From Nemertoderma westbladi (lineage: Eukaryota; Animalia; Xenacoelomorpha), in contig JAUCBJ010002656.1 in assembly GCA_032718475.1 (NCBI GenBank), positions 8,365 to 72,364 of the forward strand: a DNA stretch of 64,000 nucleotides. Direction: 5' to 3'. Positions within the stretch are counted from its first letter, which is position 1; each line of letters opens with the position of its first letter. Shown piece after piece: positions 1 to 12,121 of this stretch. The notes under the pieces were generated by a model, which saw nothing but the letters and a program-made list of their open reading frames with translations, was not told the DNA's origin and searched no databases. Made by a program: the position numbers and the translations under genes.

Positions 1-174
1 ACACGCCTTCTGTTCAATACTGGCCTACAAATAAATAAAACTTGACAGAAATAAGTAAACCATATAAAGGAATAAGGGGTGATCAATCCCTAATCCCTTA
101 AACAGCCTACCGGTATACAACAATCAAATCGAATAATACTAGTGTACTTATACGGAAGTACCGGTTAGAACAGC

Positions 175-285
175 TAGGCCTACGGACCTACAGAAGTACT
201 GGTTCTGGCAGTTGGGCCTACTGACCTACGGCAGTACCGGTTCTGGCAGTTGGGCCTACTGACCTACAGATGTACCGGTTCAGGT
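175..285. repeat. Short degenerate ~36-bp tandem repeat (about 3 copies)
   Basis: GGCCTACTGACCTAC..GTACCGGTTCTGGCAGTTG recurs at about 177, 215 and 253. Confidence 0.6.
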
Positions 286-348
286 TTACCGGTTGACCGG
301 TACTTTCAACTTTATTGCTTACTGCAACAAAGAAGCTATATCCTTTAA

Positions 349-1523
349 TGTTCGCGCTTTCAGACCTTTGGCAGTTCAACCCGCCAAATTAAGATGTCTT
401 CTAGATATTAAATCGCTTTTTAGCCTATGACAAGTATTTGATTCACTACACTAGTCGAAACCAATCTGTGCGCGACCATTCACCCGCTGGATATTCGCGG
501 GAGATTGGGTTCGACGGTTTAATTTTATTGCTATGTAAGCCTAATGTATTATTCGACTGACAGTATTATATAATCTCTGACAATATTATTCACCTTCGGG
601 AATATTAACAGTTCCTTTAGGACGTGGCGCTTTATCTATATAAACAGAGTTATGACTTAAACTACTCACAACGATATGGCTCAATTATAATTCACATATA
701 TGGCGCATTCTTTAGGAATTGCTTCTTTAACAGACTCACTCATACGCAATGCTGCACAATACTGCACACTAATCTGCCAATCTTCACTGATTTTAGTCAC
801 ATATAAAAGGAACACAGACTGACTCATGTAGGGTCTATCAAATAACATTAGATTCACTTCAAACCACTTTAACATAAGTCACAATCGTTATTGGTAACCT
901 TTCTCTCTTACCTTCGGTATATCAAGAATATTGGGTGTCGGGGTTATTTCTCGTTATTCCAATATAATAATTCATCAACAAATATAATGAATAACCGACA
1001 ACAAATAGCAGTATGCAGTATTCACAGATCAATCGTGCCAGTTTGTTTTGAGTTAAGACAATCAGTCAGTTAAAGGATATATGTCCTTATAATTAAACCT
1101 ACTAGTGTTGAGCTAAAAAGCAGAAAGCACAAAACACTAAAAAGCCGTTCTTTCGTGGCTTTGAAAAACTCGTGACTACTGCTCTATACGAGGATACCAA
1201 CTACCCTTATTCCACGAAACTCCCGTTCAACACAGAGAAAGAGCAGTGAGATAGGAAAATTTCAGTTCAGTAGCTCTGTGATAGGTCAAAATCAAGGCTA
1301 ACTCAAATTCTATTGGGAGATACAAAAACAAGGCTATGACGCAACCTCCCTAGGCTTGTTGGCCGATTAAACAGAGCCCAGATGCCTGCGTACAGCAAAT
1401 CAGCCAATAAGCTGGTAACTTGCACTATTTTTAGCTATAGATCACTTTGAGAGTATTCTTAGCGACTGGGGGGGAACTGGCCAACAAGGCAAACGAATCA
1501 GTTATCCCACAAAAGCTTTTACA
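349..1523 (-). mobile_element. Solo LTR of the BEL/Pao family seen at 32198-33353
   Basis: Starts TGTTCGCGCTTTCAGACCTTT exactly like 32198 and is colinear with it for at least 750 bp. Ends CAAAAGCTTTTACA, like CAAAAGCCTTTACA at 33340-33353. On the minus strand the termini are TGT...AACA. No matching TSD. Confidence 0.8.
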
Positions 1524-1700
1524 AACTTATTTGTTTTCTTTTCTTGTGGGACTCTTGTTGTTCTGTACATGTCTACTATGATGGGATAGGTGAGGTTTAA
1601 ACACTCAGGTATTTTAAAGACTTCAGGGGGGACATCATCTACACCACTGGCACGATTGGTCTTAATGCTCTTTGCAGCAGCCTTCACTTCTGCAAAGTAG
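1524..1700 (-). pseudogene. Inverted duplicate of part of the RTE-like LINE fragment
   Basis: Reverse complement of about 1960-2132; peptide VKAAAKSIKTNRASGVDDVPPEVFK. Confidence 0.8.
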
Positions 1701-1759
1701 ATATATTGATCAATATATTGATACTATATTGATCAATATATTGATACTATATTGATCAA

Positions 1760-2529
1760 TTTGCTAATTTTCAAAAATTTGGTGCTGACAACCACTGCCG
1801 AAAAATACAATTTTGGGAACTCTTATGTTAACGCCTCAATAATGGTTGGAAGGCCCACTTTGAAAAGCTCCTTAATAATGACAGGGTATTGCCTGATCAC
1901 TTTATAGAAGTAAAAGTGTCTGAGTCTGTACTCCCAGATATTCCCATTGGCGATATCTCCTTTGCAGAAGTGAAGGCTGCTGCAAAGAGCATTAAGACCA
2001 ATCGTGCTAGTGGAGTAAATGGTGTTCCCCTGAGGTCTTTAAAATACCTGAGTGTTTAAAGCTCATCTATCCTATCATAGTAGACATGTACCGAACAACA
2101 AGAGTCCCACAAGAAATGAAAACAAATAAGTTAGTGCCAGTTACCAAGAATGGCAATCTTTTCGGGGAATCTTATTGATCTTGATTGCTGCAAAGCTATA
2201 CAATAGAATTCTATTAAATCGCATCAGGGATCCCATTGAGAGACTACTCCGTGGAAATCAGAATGGGTTCCGTAAAGGTCGTGGGACCATGGAGCCCATT
2301 TTGGTACTTAGAAGGATAATTGAAGAGTTATCAAAAAAGAAAGACAGGCATCTGGCTGTTATCTTTGTAGACTTATTCAAGGCCTTTGATTCAGTCTCTC
2401 GCTCACGTATGTTCAGCATACTTTCATTATATGGGATTCCGGATGCAATTTTTGCAGCAATCAGATCAGTATACGATGGTTCGACAACATTTGTGTCTTC
2501 TGTTGACAGTGACACAGAACCATGTGAAG
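1760..2529 (+). pseudogene. Frameshifted RTE-like non-LTR reverse transcriptase fragment
   Basis: IAAKLYNRILLNRI, NQNGFRKGRGT, IFVDLFKAFDSV, YGIP (N-terminal RT motifs); frame broken upstream and truncated near 2530. Confidence 0.85.
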
Positions 2530-3405
2530 TGTTATGGGGCGAATTGTTACGGGAGCGATCCCTGAGGCACTTCACCACCCGGAAAACTAATATGTCACCT
2601 CAAAAACTTATTAACCAAAATGGGAGGCAATTAACACCCCGGCTTGTAAGGACCCCAAAGGTCAACTTACAACCAGGGAGCCTTGCCAAGAGAACCAAAT
2701 TGAATGTCAGATGACCGCGCAAGCTATTCATGTATATTAAATGTTAAGCTATTGTTTCATGTGTACATTTATTGGTATGTCAGATGACCGCGCAAGCTAT
2801 TCATGTATATTTAATGTTAAGCTATTGTTTCATGTGTACATTTATTGGTACAGTGCATATAACCAATCTACTATAGGTAACGGCGTACTAACATTATGCC
2901 GTCACCAATAGATAGTGAGAGAGGGGATTAATTAAGAGAGATCAGTCAATTAATCAAATGGCACTAGCCAATAGTAGAGCAGAAGCCCTGACGCCCCATT
3001 GGTCAGGGCAGCAACCACAAACCCCTCTCAAACTAACAGTAGCTTATACCAGAGTAATAACAATTTATATCTCAGTACATGGGCCTCTCAAACCTGAGAA
3101 GCAGCTTTAGTTTAACAGAATTTGTATTATGGATAACATGTGTATCTCAGTGCAGATATCAGAATCAGACTTGTGCTATTACTGGTAACTGTTTATTACC
3201 TATGATATTTTCTATTATACATGAAAGCAGAAACAAGAATCTAGTTTTCCCCAACATCTATATCAGGAACATCAATCACTACAGAACAAGTTAAAACAGA
3301 CCTCTTTCAGACAAACTGTATCACCCGCTCGGTAACCAGCCACCTATTTACTCTAAGACCCAGCCGGCTACTATGACACTAACTAATGTTAATGAACAGG
3401 TTACA
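2530..3405. mobile_element. Putative LTR-like insertion truncating the RT fragment
   Basis: RT homology stops at TGTTATGG. Segment ends GTTACA, contains CCAAT boxes and a ~73-bp direct duplication (about 2704-2850). No clean TSD. Confidence 0.35.
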
Positions 3406-3799
3406 ATGAAATGTTATTCTAACCAAAACAATAAACGATAGTCATGAGAACAGGTTAAATTTTCATATTTGTCATTGTTGGCAGTGGTTGTCGGCTGTCG
3501 GCATAGCATTTACACCCTAATTTACTTCAGGTATTATTTCCATGTATTCCATTCCCGAACAGACAATAATTATATAATATTACAGGATTCATATTCTATC
3601 ACCACATAAACTACATCACACAACAACCAGTGCAACTACTTCCACCAATATGTTGAAATAACATATATATAACATATATATTGCATATACCTGTAAATTA
3701 AGTTTAGAAAGTTTTTGTAATTTTTAAGTTGTTTTAGTGTAGAATTATTAATATGATGCAATGACGAATCCCAAAGAAATTATCCCTATTACAGTCTAG

Positions 3800-5545
3800 T
3801 CAATTATTTGTGTGCCGGATTATTTTTGCAGCCAACATTTCCCGAAGTTTATTTACTTTAACTTTACAATTACCAGACCTGGGAAACCTGTTGACAAAGA
3901 TGATGTGATCAGGAATCTTGTAATCAGCAATTATCTTGGAAAGAAAATGTTTAATATCTGCACTAGAGCTGTGTACTGGTTTGCCAGGTTTACCAATATG
4001 CAGAATGATAGCAGCACCGACCATCTGAGTGAAATTAACTTCATCATAGATACTGAACACTTTACTGTCAGAGACTTTAGGATGTGTGTCGATAACATCT
4101 TCTATTTCACTTGGATATATTTTCACCATAAACTCTGACCTTTTTATAACGTCTTTGTCACGACCAACCACAGTGAGGTAGCCATTTTTATCCAAAAAGC
4201 CCAAATCACCAGTTCGATACCATCCATCTTCAGTGATGACCTCATTAGTGGCCTCAGTATTTTTCAAATAACCTTTCATTGTGAGCTCATTTTTAACATA
4301 AACTTCACCAGTCTGATTTATATCAACAATTTCGTTGTCATCATCAGTAATTTTGATTTCCACACCCTCAGCAGGGATACCTGTATTGGAGATTCGCATT
4401 TCTTTTATGTCATTTAAACTACCCAAGGCCATTGCTGGACATTCTGTACTTCCATAAATTTGCCTAGTCTTAATGTGTTTAAATTCTTCTTCCAAGTCTG
4501 CCAAGAGCACATGAGGGATCGCCATACCTGAAGCATTCACAAGTCTCACAGATGAGAAATCGTACTTATCTTTATATTCTAGCATGCTCAATATAGACAT
4601 AGTGCCACTGCTTAACACATTGACTTTGTATTTTTGAATGGATTCACAGATCTTTATGGCATCAGGAAAGGGAGCAGGGATGATAACTTTATCTCCCAAT
4701 ACTGCTGGAAGTATTATCCCTACTGCTAAATTTCCAATGCCACCCATGGGAGGCTCAATAATACGGACAACCTGCCTCCTCTTACTATTGTTATTAGGTT
4801 CTGGTTTCTTGAGTGGAACATTATTCATGTTTCGGAGAGCAAAGTGTGAAATTGGGACAGCTTTAGGAACCCCAGTGGTTCCACTTGTAAACAATATTAC
4901 CCCAGGATTATCAAGGTTCACTTTGATTTCTGTTGGCCCATTTCCATTATTACCAAGCAGGCAAACTTCATCCCAATTTAATGTTCCCACTCGTTTTGTA
5001 TCATCCAGAAACACAACATGTTTAAGCTTTGGCAGTTTTTTACAATTGAACTTCCCCTCCCCTGTTACTTCTGGGCATAACATCGTTTTGAAGATATGGT
5101 AATAATCACGATTATTCCATCCTGGAGATGATACCAACACCTTAACACCAACTTTCTCTAAAACTGTTGCCCACTCAGGAGGAGAATAATTGGCAAATAT
5201 AGGAACCACTGTCAAACCAGCGAGAATTGCCCCCCAAAATGTAGTGACCCATCGAATTGATGATCCAGACAATATAGCCAACCTGTCGCCATCATGCAAA
5301 CCCATCTGCCGTAAACCATTTGCAAATTTGTTTGCTTCTTCATAAATCATTCCAAAGGTCGCCTCCTCATTGGTTCCATTGTTTATATAAGCAATATCGT
5401 TTTTGTACACCACATTGGCGAATTTTATGAAGTCACCTAATGCACCATACTGTAACTGTGTTCTTCTTTCTGTCTTAGTAATACTTTTTGTTAGGGGAGT
5501 ATTTCTCTGATGTAGCGGAATTGTTATGCTGGCAATATCAGACAT
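3800..5545 (-). CDS. Acyl-CoA synthetase / AMP-binding enzyme (ANL superfamily; ACSF2, 4-coumarate-CoA ligase and luciferase-like), 581 aa, intronless
   Basis: P-loop ILFTSGTTGVPKAV, QIYGSTE, GEVYVK..TMKGY, GWYRTGDLGFLD, VGRDKD, C-terminal catalytic Lys region FPRSGNCKV; TATA-like element at about 5622-5634. Confidence 0.92.
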   Translation of the reverse strand: MSDIASITIPLHQRNTPLTKSITKTERRTQLQYGALGDFIKFANVVYKNDIAYINNGTNEEATFGMIYEEANKFANGLRQMGLHDGDRLAILSGSSIRWVTTFWGAILAGLTVVPIFANYSPPEWATVLEKVGVKVLVSSPGWNNRDYYHIFKTMLCPEVTGEGKFNCKKLPKLKHVVFLDDTKRVGTLNWDEVCLLGNNGNGPTEIKVNLDNPGVILFTSGTTGVPKAVPISHFALRNMNNVPLKKPEPNNNSKRRQVVRIIEPPMGGIGNLAVGIILPAVLGDKVIIPAPFPDAIKICESIQKYKVNVLSSGTMSILSMLEYKDKYDFSSVRLVNASGMAIPHVLLADLEEEFKHIKTRQIYGSTECPAMALGSLNDIKEMRISNTGIPAEGVEIKITDDDNEIVDINQTGEVYVKNELTMKGYLKNTEATNEVITEDGWYRTGDLGFLDKNGYLTVVGRDKDVIKRSEFMVKIYPSEIEDVIDTHPKVSDSKVFSIYDEVNFTQMVGAAIILHIGKPGKPVHSSSADIKHFLSKIIADYKIPDHIIFVNRFPRSGNCKVKVNKLREMLAAKIIRHTNN

Positions 5546-6929
5546 TATTCATAAAGAATGCATTTAAAATTGATAAATAATTCAAAATATTGATTGTAGC
5601 ATGTGATAATTATCGTAAGGGTTTTATATATAAAATTAGCTGTAATCAGAGATAAATTCTTTTTTCAAGAGTTTTTTTACTTATAATTTCAAGATAATTT
5701 TTACTTATTTTAAACAGACACAAAGAGAAAAAGACACCCACCCCACATTGCCCAGAGTTTTAAACGCCAAAAAGAGAAAAAAACACCCTACATTACCCAG
5801 GGCTGCCATAAAAAAAAAATAAAAAAAATAACATCCCCACATCGCCCAGGGCTGCCAATTCTCCCAAAATCAGTAATACTGTTCGGACTATATAGTTGCG
5901 ATGCCACATCACCCAGTAGGCCCACAACCACCACCACAGTACTGGTTGCCAGTACTAAATACTACAGTGCTGACTTCTGGAAATTGTTAAGCTGTGTAGT
6001 GTAAGTCTGACAGATATTAACTTTGTAATTACTGTATTTAGGCATGATTTGTGCCTGATTTAGAATTATAAAAATGTATTATATATTATATTTGTATTTT
6101 ATTATGAAATGCTGAGGAGAGTAATCAGAATCCAATTTACAGTTGCTTCAATTGTGGAACTAAACTGGGTAATGTCATTCCTGACATTGCATGCATACTT
6201 AATTGAAACCCAATATGTTTTTGAAGATGCATTGGAGAGCATAATTTATGGTCCATCTGCTTCGAATAATATAGAGCTTTGGTGTAGGGAGTTGAGAGAC
6301 TGGGTTGGGGGTGTGCTGAAAGACCTACTATATAGTATATATATGTACGTTGGCCTTATTATTGTGATGCGCGGATGCTGTGTGTGATCCTGTGTGTGTG
6401 TGTTCCCCGCATGGCGGGTATGGTAGCCATCAGCTGGGGAATAGTACCGGGTTCCAGATTGTGTGCTCGGTCTGACGGACTGCGGATGAGGGTCAACATT
6501 TGGAAACAGATGTCTGTTTGGTGGCTGAATATTGTAATTCTATTAGGACATTTTTAGATTTTATCGTTTCACTCGAGCCTGCGCAACTATACCTACAGCC
6601 ACAGAGTAGCTGGCGGACATAGCATTGAGGATGTCGATCATTTGCCATTCGTCATCTACCGAGACGCTCTTCTTTAGTTTAATTGCTCGAATTAATGCAA
6701 TTCCTTCATCTTGGAGATTAATAACCTTAGTGACATCCATTTATATCAATAATATAGTTCAGCAGTAGTCAGATAGAATAAGTCAGCAGTACAGTAGTAT
6801 TGGTTAGTACAGCAGTGGTAGTACAGACGAAACCATAGAGTTAAATTTGAGTGATAATACATTTATAGCTGGTAATGGTTGTCTACAAATAGCTAGAGAT
6901 GATTCTAAAGTTAGTATATTCTTTTTGAC

Positions 6930-7570
6930 AGATATATTTCGTGGCAGTTTATTACCACATCTTCTCCTTGGATGGACAGTATATGGGAGCGCCTTATAGG
7001 GTTGATGAAGACATTATTGGAGAAGGTATTGGGTAGTGCATTTGTGCCTTTGGAAGAGGTACACACCTTTGTTGTAGAACCGAAACGGTGATGAATGACA
7101 GACCATTAGCTTACATGTATGGTAACAATGACGACCCCCATCCATTGACTCCGTCTATGTTGGATTTAAGCAACCACATTTCTACCGTGTATAAACCAGT
7201 TATTGATGATTGCGATTTATTTAATGACCCCTTTTATGGTCTCCCGACTCGAAAAGATCTCATGGTTCGACATAATCGCATTTATAAGTTGCTTAGCGAT
7301 TACTGGAGTCACTGGTCCCATGACTACTTTACCATGTTAAGTGAATATCATAGGTGGAACATTACAGAACCTAAAGAAGTAGTACATATGGTGGATATCC
7401 TACTTATAAGGGATTCTAATGTACCCAGAGCACAGTTCCGTATGGGTAAGTTTATCCAGGAAAGGATGGATGGATGAGGTCCGCAACTCTTCAAACTCCC
7501 AATGGCCAGATTCAAAGACCTGTTAGGAAACTGGATCCCTTGGAGTTTTGTGTTGTTGAAGAAACTTCGA
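6930..7570 (+). pseudogene. BEL/Pao integrase C-terminus plus DUF5641-like region, degenerate
   Basis: WQFITTSSPWMDSIWERLIGLMK, MNDRPL, PLTPSML, YWSHWSHDY, later RPVRKLDPLE; frameshifts present. Confidence 0.8.
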
Positions 7571-7835
7571 ATGAGCTATTACCGTTGATGGTTGACAAGA
7601 GTAATGTTATAAAGTACTGTTCAACCTATAGTGATAAAAGATAAAATTCTCAAAAAAATAGCACTCAGCAAAACTGAAAATGAGAGTGAATGAAGTTAAA
7701 ATATTATGTCAAGTTCATATTTACTTGTGGCATAGTGTAAATAAATAAAGTTTATATAATTGTACTGTGTTGTGCAGTAAGTATATATATTTTATCGGTG
7801 TTTGGTGTCATATATATTTATAGTATAGTTTTCTT

Positions 7836-7860
7836 TTTGGGCGGGAGAATGTCGCAATTA
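7836..7860 (+). mobile_element. Polypurine tract and start of 3' LTR of the 6.9-kb BEL/Pao remnant
   Basis: TTTGGGCGGGAGAA followed directly by TGTCGC at 7850, downstream of the integrase. Confidence 0.55.
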
Positions 7861-8399
7861 TTCAGTAGAATTCACCTATCATTATGATTTACAGTATTTT
7901 CCTGTAACAGCGTCTTATCAACTTCCAAATAGTTCCACCTTGGTGTATTTGTTGCATTGAATTAATTTTTGAAATTTATTATTTTTGAAAAATTTTGAAA
8001 TTTTTTTATATTTTATTTAAACTAGTTCAGAGGTGGAAAGTACAAATTGAATCACATTTCTACTTGAATCAGGAAAATTATTCAAATTATTAAAATTTAT
8101 TAAAACGTAGTGTTCTATAATAATACTTCTTTATTACCACATCCCATCACTTCAAGTTAATCTAAACTATTAATAAATTAATAATAATAACATTATCATT
8201 AATTACGAAATTCCAACAACGAGACTATCTGCACTGAAGCTAGTAAATGCAATCCAAGAATAAATACATGAAAATGTTTAAACTACAATAATATATGTAT
8301 GTATATATGTATATATAGGCCTACTTAACTACATATGGCATATGAATATTGAGAAATATTTATATTTAAACATCAATATGTTAGCTTTAATTAAAGCTC

Positions 8400-8657
8400 T
8401 CACTCGTTACACAATAGAATTCTTTTCACAATTATATAAAGTTACAACAGCATATTGGATTAATTAAGTATATTGATTTCTTCCATAAGAATCTTGTATA
8501 CTGATATGCATATGCACAGGCGTAAGCAATACTCATTACACAATACAATTCTTTTCACAATTATATAAAGTTACAACAGCATATTGGATTAAGTATATTG
8601 ATTTCTTCCAAAAGAATCTTGTATACTGATATGCATATGCGACAGGCGTAAGCAATA
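8400..8657. repeat. Direct tandem duplication, ~127 bp x2
   Basis: TTACACAATA..TTCTTTTCACAATTATATAAAG...CAGGCGTAAGCAAT occurs twice. Confidence 0.8.
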
Positions 8658-10339
8658 ATGCACACATTGATGTAGTATCGCTTGTTTAAATTTAATTTGA
8701 TATTGTGAAGACTATATTATTGTGAAGACTACAGTATATTATTATTAAACTGATATCACCCACTCTGTAAATGCAGATTATGATTCAGACTGCTGGTGTA
8801 AAGTCGAGGTCATACCAGATCTACTTTTCTGTGAACTAACTCAAGGAAGTCATAGCCATGGATTATTTCTACCACAATCTATAAGCATTATTTAATACTG
8901 GTGGAACAGAACAGCATGCATATTATATTTCCTGGGTTTCTTTAATGTCAGTCTTCATCTCTCCTCAATATTTCCATGTTAAATTCTGTTGACAGAATTT
9001 TGAAATTTTGTTTCAAAAAAGTTATGGCAAAGTAAATGGAAATAGAATGGCGGTATATATACAGGGCCTGATGTCACAAGACCTAATGACATTGTCCTCA
9101 TAATGGCTTATACACAGTATAACAGACCTACTAGGTATGAGGCAGTCAGGTACTGACTGTTACAGTACCAGCGGACCAGCATTGAATTTCATATTACTGG
9201 TACAGTGTGTGTGACATTGTGATAACTGTGGTAGGACTGGGTATAGTAGAACTGCAGCAGGTATGCACCACAGTACTCACTACTACTGGTACTCGGAATA
9301 CTAGATCTGTAGATGCTATCAAGCATTAATTAATGACTCTGTACTAAATGGTAGCCTGAGGGCATGGTAGCATATCATGAAACATACATTTTTTATATTA
9401 GGTACGTAAGGTACAGTACAGTAGGTACTGGTAGTTCTGTAGGTAAGTCACATGCTCACAAAAATTGACAAAAGACACTTCATTGCGCTAGAGGAATTTT
9501 TGGGGCTTTGTGTAACTATAAAATTCTTAATAAGTAGTTCCATAAGTTTAACACTGTTATTACTGTACTACAGACTGCAGTAGTAGTAATTGGGCAGGTC
9601 AGGTATTCTAGTTCATTGATCAAGAAACTTGCCACCTCCGTACAGCATACAGGAGGTGTCACCTGTAGCTGCATAGACCCTCTTACTAAGGGCAAATCTG
9701 TTCCTGTAATTAGGAACCCCATTCGTTCTGGGATAGTGACGCCCTTGGTCCTGGATTAAGGACCCATATACTTGCTGCAGGGGTATATGGCCTTGCCAGG
9801 CAAATGGTGATCTACCAATGGTTGGTCAGGAGTAGAGTGTTCTCATGTCCAATCTGAGTGTACTTCACTGCGGCCTGCACCTGGCAACAGGGCATGGCCT
9901 AGCAGATGAGCTGCACAGCCATTGGTGGGTCATGTGCGTCAGAGTAGGTATGGGTGATGCACCTCATATCTGACCCCACTGCGACACCCACCCTGTGTGG
10001 AATGGCAAACCCATTGTGTGGTATTTACCCCGAGAGCTGCCTCGGTAAAAAAGCACCCCCAACCCCCATTATTGATTACATTAGTAATGCAGAGTTCCAG
10101 CCACTAGAGGCCAGTGGAATTACCGGACACAATCGGCCTCACATGCGTCAGTTATCTCCTGACCGGCTGCCTGTCTCACCCCCTACTAAAGAGAGAGCAG
10201 CCAATAATTCTGTGAGTCCTTTTTGGCCCAAACCCTGGGTGGCCAGGGAGGCCAGATTGTGAGGGGGAGAGGGATTCTGGAGTTGGAGGCTACTCTCATG
10301 TTCCACCCCGACCAACCAAGCCATTGGTGAATATGATGA

Positions 10340-10752
10340 AAGTCCCTAGACTGGATGGCACATTCACAAGAATGCTACGCCGGGTTCATTGTGTCAAGTA
10401 CAATGCACACATCTCCAACCAGCACTATTTAACATTGTAGGTGTCTCATTGGTTCCCCCAAGCTTGACACTACAACAAAGCCACCTCCGCTTTGTAGGAC
10501 ATTGCTTTCACAGTCAGGACCAGCCAGTGCATTCTCTTGTGCTTTGACAGTCTCATGGAGTGAATAAGCATCGTGGACAGCCCATGACATCCTTGAGACG
10601 CATCTTAAAGGACACTGGCCTTGAAGATGCGGATGATCTAGCAAATGTCATGGGTGATAGGGAGTTGTGGCGGTGCAATTTTGTCGACAAGCCGGCACAG
10701 CATTCGTTTCTTAGTCATTTATAGTCATTTGAGGTATTAGTCTTGAGTCATT
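10340..10752 (+). pseudogene. 3' end of an RTE-like LINE
   Basis: Broken frames read LDGTFTRMLRRV, LRFVGHCF, HGVNKHRGQP, DTGLEDADDLANVMGDRELWR (typical RTE C-terminus), followed by AGTCATTT-type short tail repeats. Confidence 0.7.
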
Positions 10753-10953
10753 TGTATATGTAATATATATATATATATAATGCAGCTGCAATGCAGCACG
10801 CTGATCCTAGTAGTAGTAGTAGTGGTAGTAATAGGTAGAGTCAGATCACTCCAGGCTTGAAGTGACTGTTGGAAGTTCCTGGTTGTGGGCGCATTCAATA
10901 AACAAAATAAATAAATGATTGTGGTAAATAAGTTTTTAGTTTCATTGGACTAA

Positions 10954-11198
10954 AAAAAAAGCAAACAGTCGGCCGAAGCCGGAGGCAACCCGAAGGCTCC
11001 TCTTTTGATAGCTGCTACCCGAGAGGGTAGGGTGGGTGCTACTCCTATCCCAAGTTTTGCTCCCAGATATTTAACTGGTACTCATTTTATCGACCCCAGT
11101 GGATGAAAGGCTGTGTGGACCCTGGCGGGGCTGAACCTACAACCAATAGATTGCAGGCCCGGCGCTCAAACCAACTGAGCTACCCCGACTTCATTATC
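10954..11198 (-). mobile_element. tRNA-derived SINE with a Meta-like core and 13-bp TSD
   Basis: Minus strand has A-box TAGCTCAGTTGG, B-box GGTTCAGCCCC and core CAGCCTTTCATCC..GGGGTCGATAAAATGAGTACCAG; TSD TTCATTGGACTAA at 10941-10953 and 11199-11211. Confidence 0.85.
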
Positions 11199-11611
11199 TT
11201 CATTGGACTAATGTTATATTATAATAAATGTTTAATAGGTTATTTATGACAGGTAAAATTTAATATAATAATAATGCTATCAATTATTGTACTCTCTCTC
11301 TCTCTTTCTTGTTTTGCAAAGTCGCAATAGGGCCAGTGTTTTGAAAGAAAATATTTGCAGTGCCATTTAAAAGCTTTACCAAAATGGCCTATAGTTACTA
11401 GTTATGAGGCACAAAAATTACAAATTTTCAAAATTTTCACTTTTTATGTTTTTTGGATTTTTGAACAAGATCTTAAATTAATATACAAAAAATACCATCA
11501 AATAATTTCATTTCTAACATTTTTGTACACTAAATCTGTCACTTGCACGGCTTTTTCAAAAAAATGAGTTGATGTAATACATTATCTCAAAAGATTCTTA
11601 GAAAGATGACT

Positions 11612-12121
11612 TGGAAACGTCTGATTTTTTGTTGTACGTAGATTTCACTAGTCTGAATCCGACCGAAAAAAATTTTCAAAAAATGTACTGGGGTGGTTAT
11701 TTTGCAGCTCCGAAATTACAAGTAGTGCACAATTTTCATAAAATTTGAAAGTTACAATTTTCGGCTAATTGTTTTTCAATACAGGTTTTCTGGGGTGTAA
11801 AATCCATTGAAAAATATTTATAATTGATCTAATTACTATACATTGCTGTTTTAGTCCTCTATGTAGGCAAAAACTGAAAATAAAACAAGTAACCAACACA
11901 TTTCGGTTTGAACACAAAATTTAATTTTTAATTCACCTATACGATGCTATAAATTCACATTTATAGGTTTTCTGGGGCGCTGATTCTACAGTATTAGAAT
12001 ACATTTGTAATTTGCCAGATCATTGCTACACGTATTTTTCCCATCACCAAAAAGTACAAGTTTGAGATGTCCAGTGCTGTTTTTATTGATTCCATCAGAT
12101 TCAGGACCCTCATAAACCCGT
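11612..12121 (-). repeat. Inverted homologue of the internal region of the TTAA element at about 40815-41360
   Basis: Shared blocks such as AAATGTACTGGGGTGGTTAT, AAGTAGTGCACAATTTTCA and GATGCTATAAATTCACATTT; cut by the LINE 3' tail. Confidence 0.8.

Noticed and set aside
2530-2714. C-terminal part of the 179-aa ORF as RT sequence
   Set aside because: Read-through into an unrelated insertion after PCEV
3812-5102. Antisense ORFs over real CDSs (also 12563-14124, 34783-37389, 53016-55071)
   Set aside because: Shadow frames without recognisable motifs
3800-5545. Calling the gene a luciferase or bacterial contamination
   Set aside because: Motifs only support ANL-family membership; the flanks are animal transposons with no operon context
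8740-9000. Decayed transposase fragment (also about 57200-57450)
   Set aside because: Coding-like composition but many stops and no motif I can name with confidence
11110-11190. tRNA gene (also about 59960-60037 and 52491-52560)
   Set aside because: A/B boxes are present but there is no intact cloverleaf; the first two continue into SINE bodies and tails
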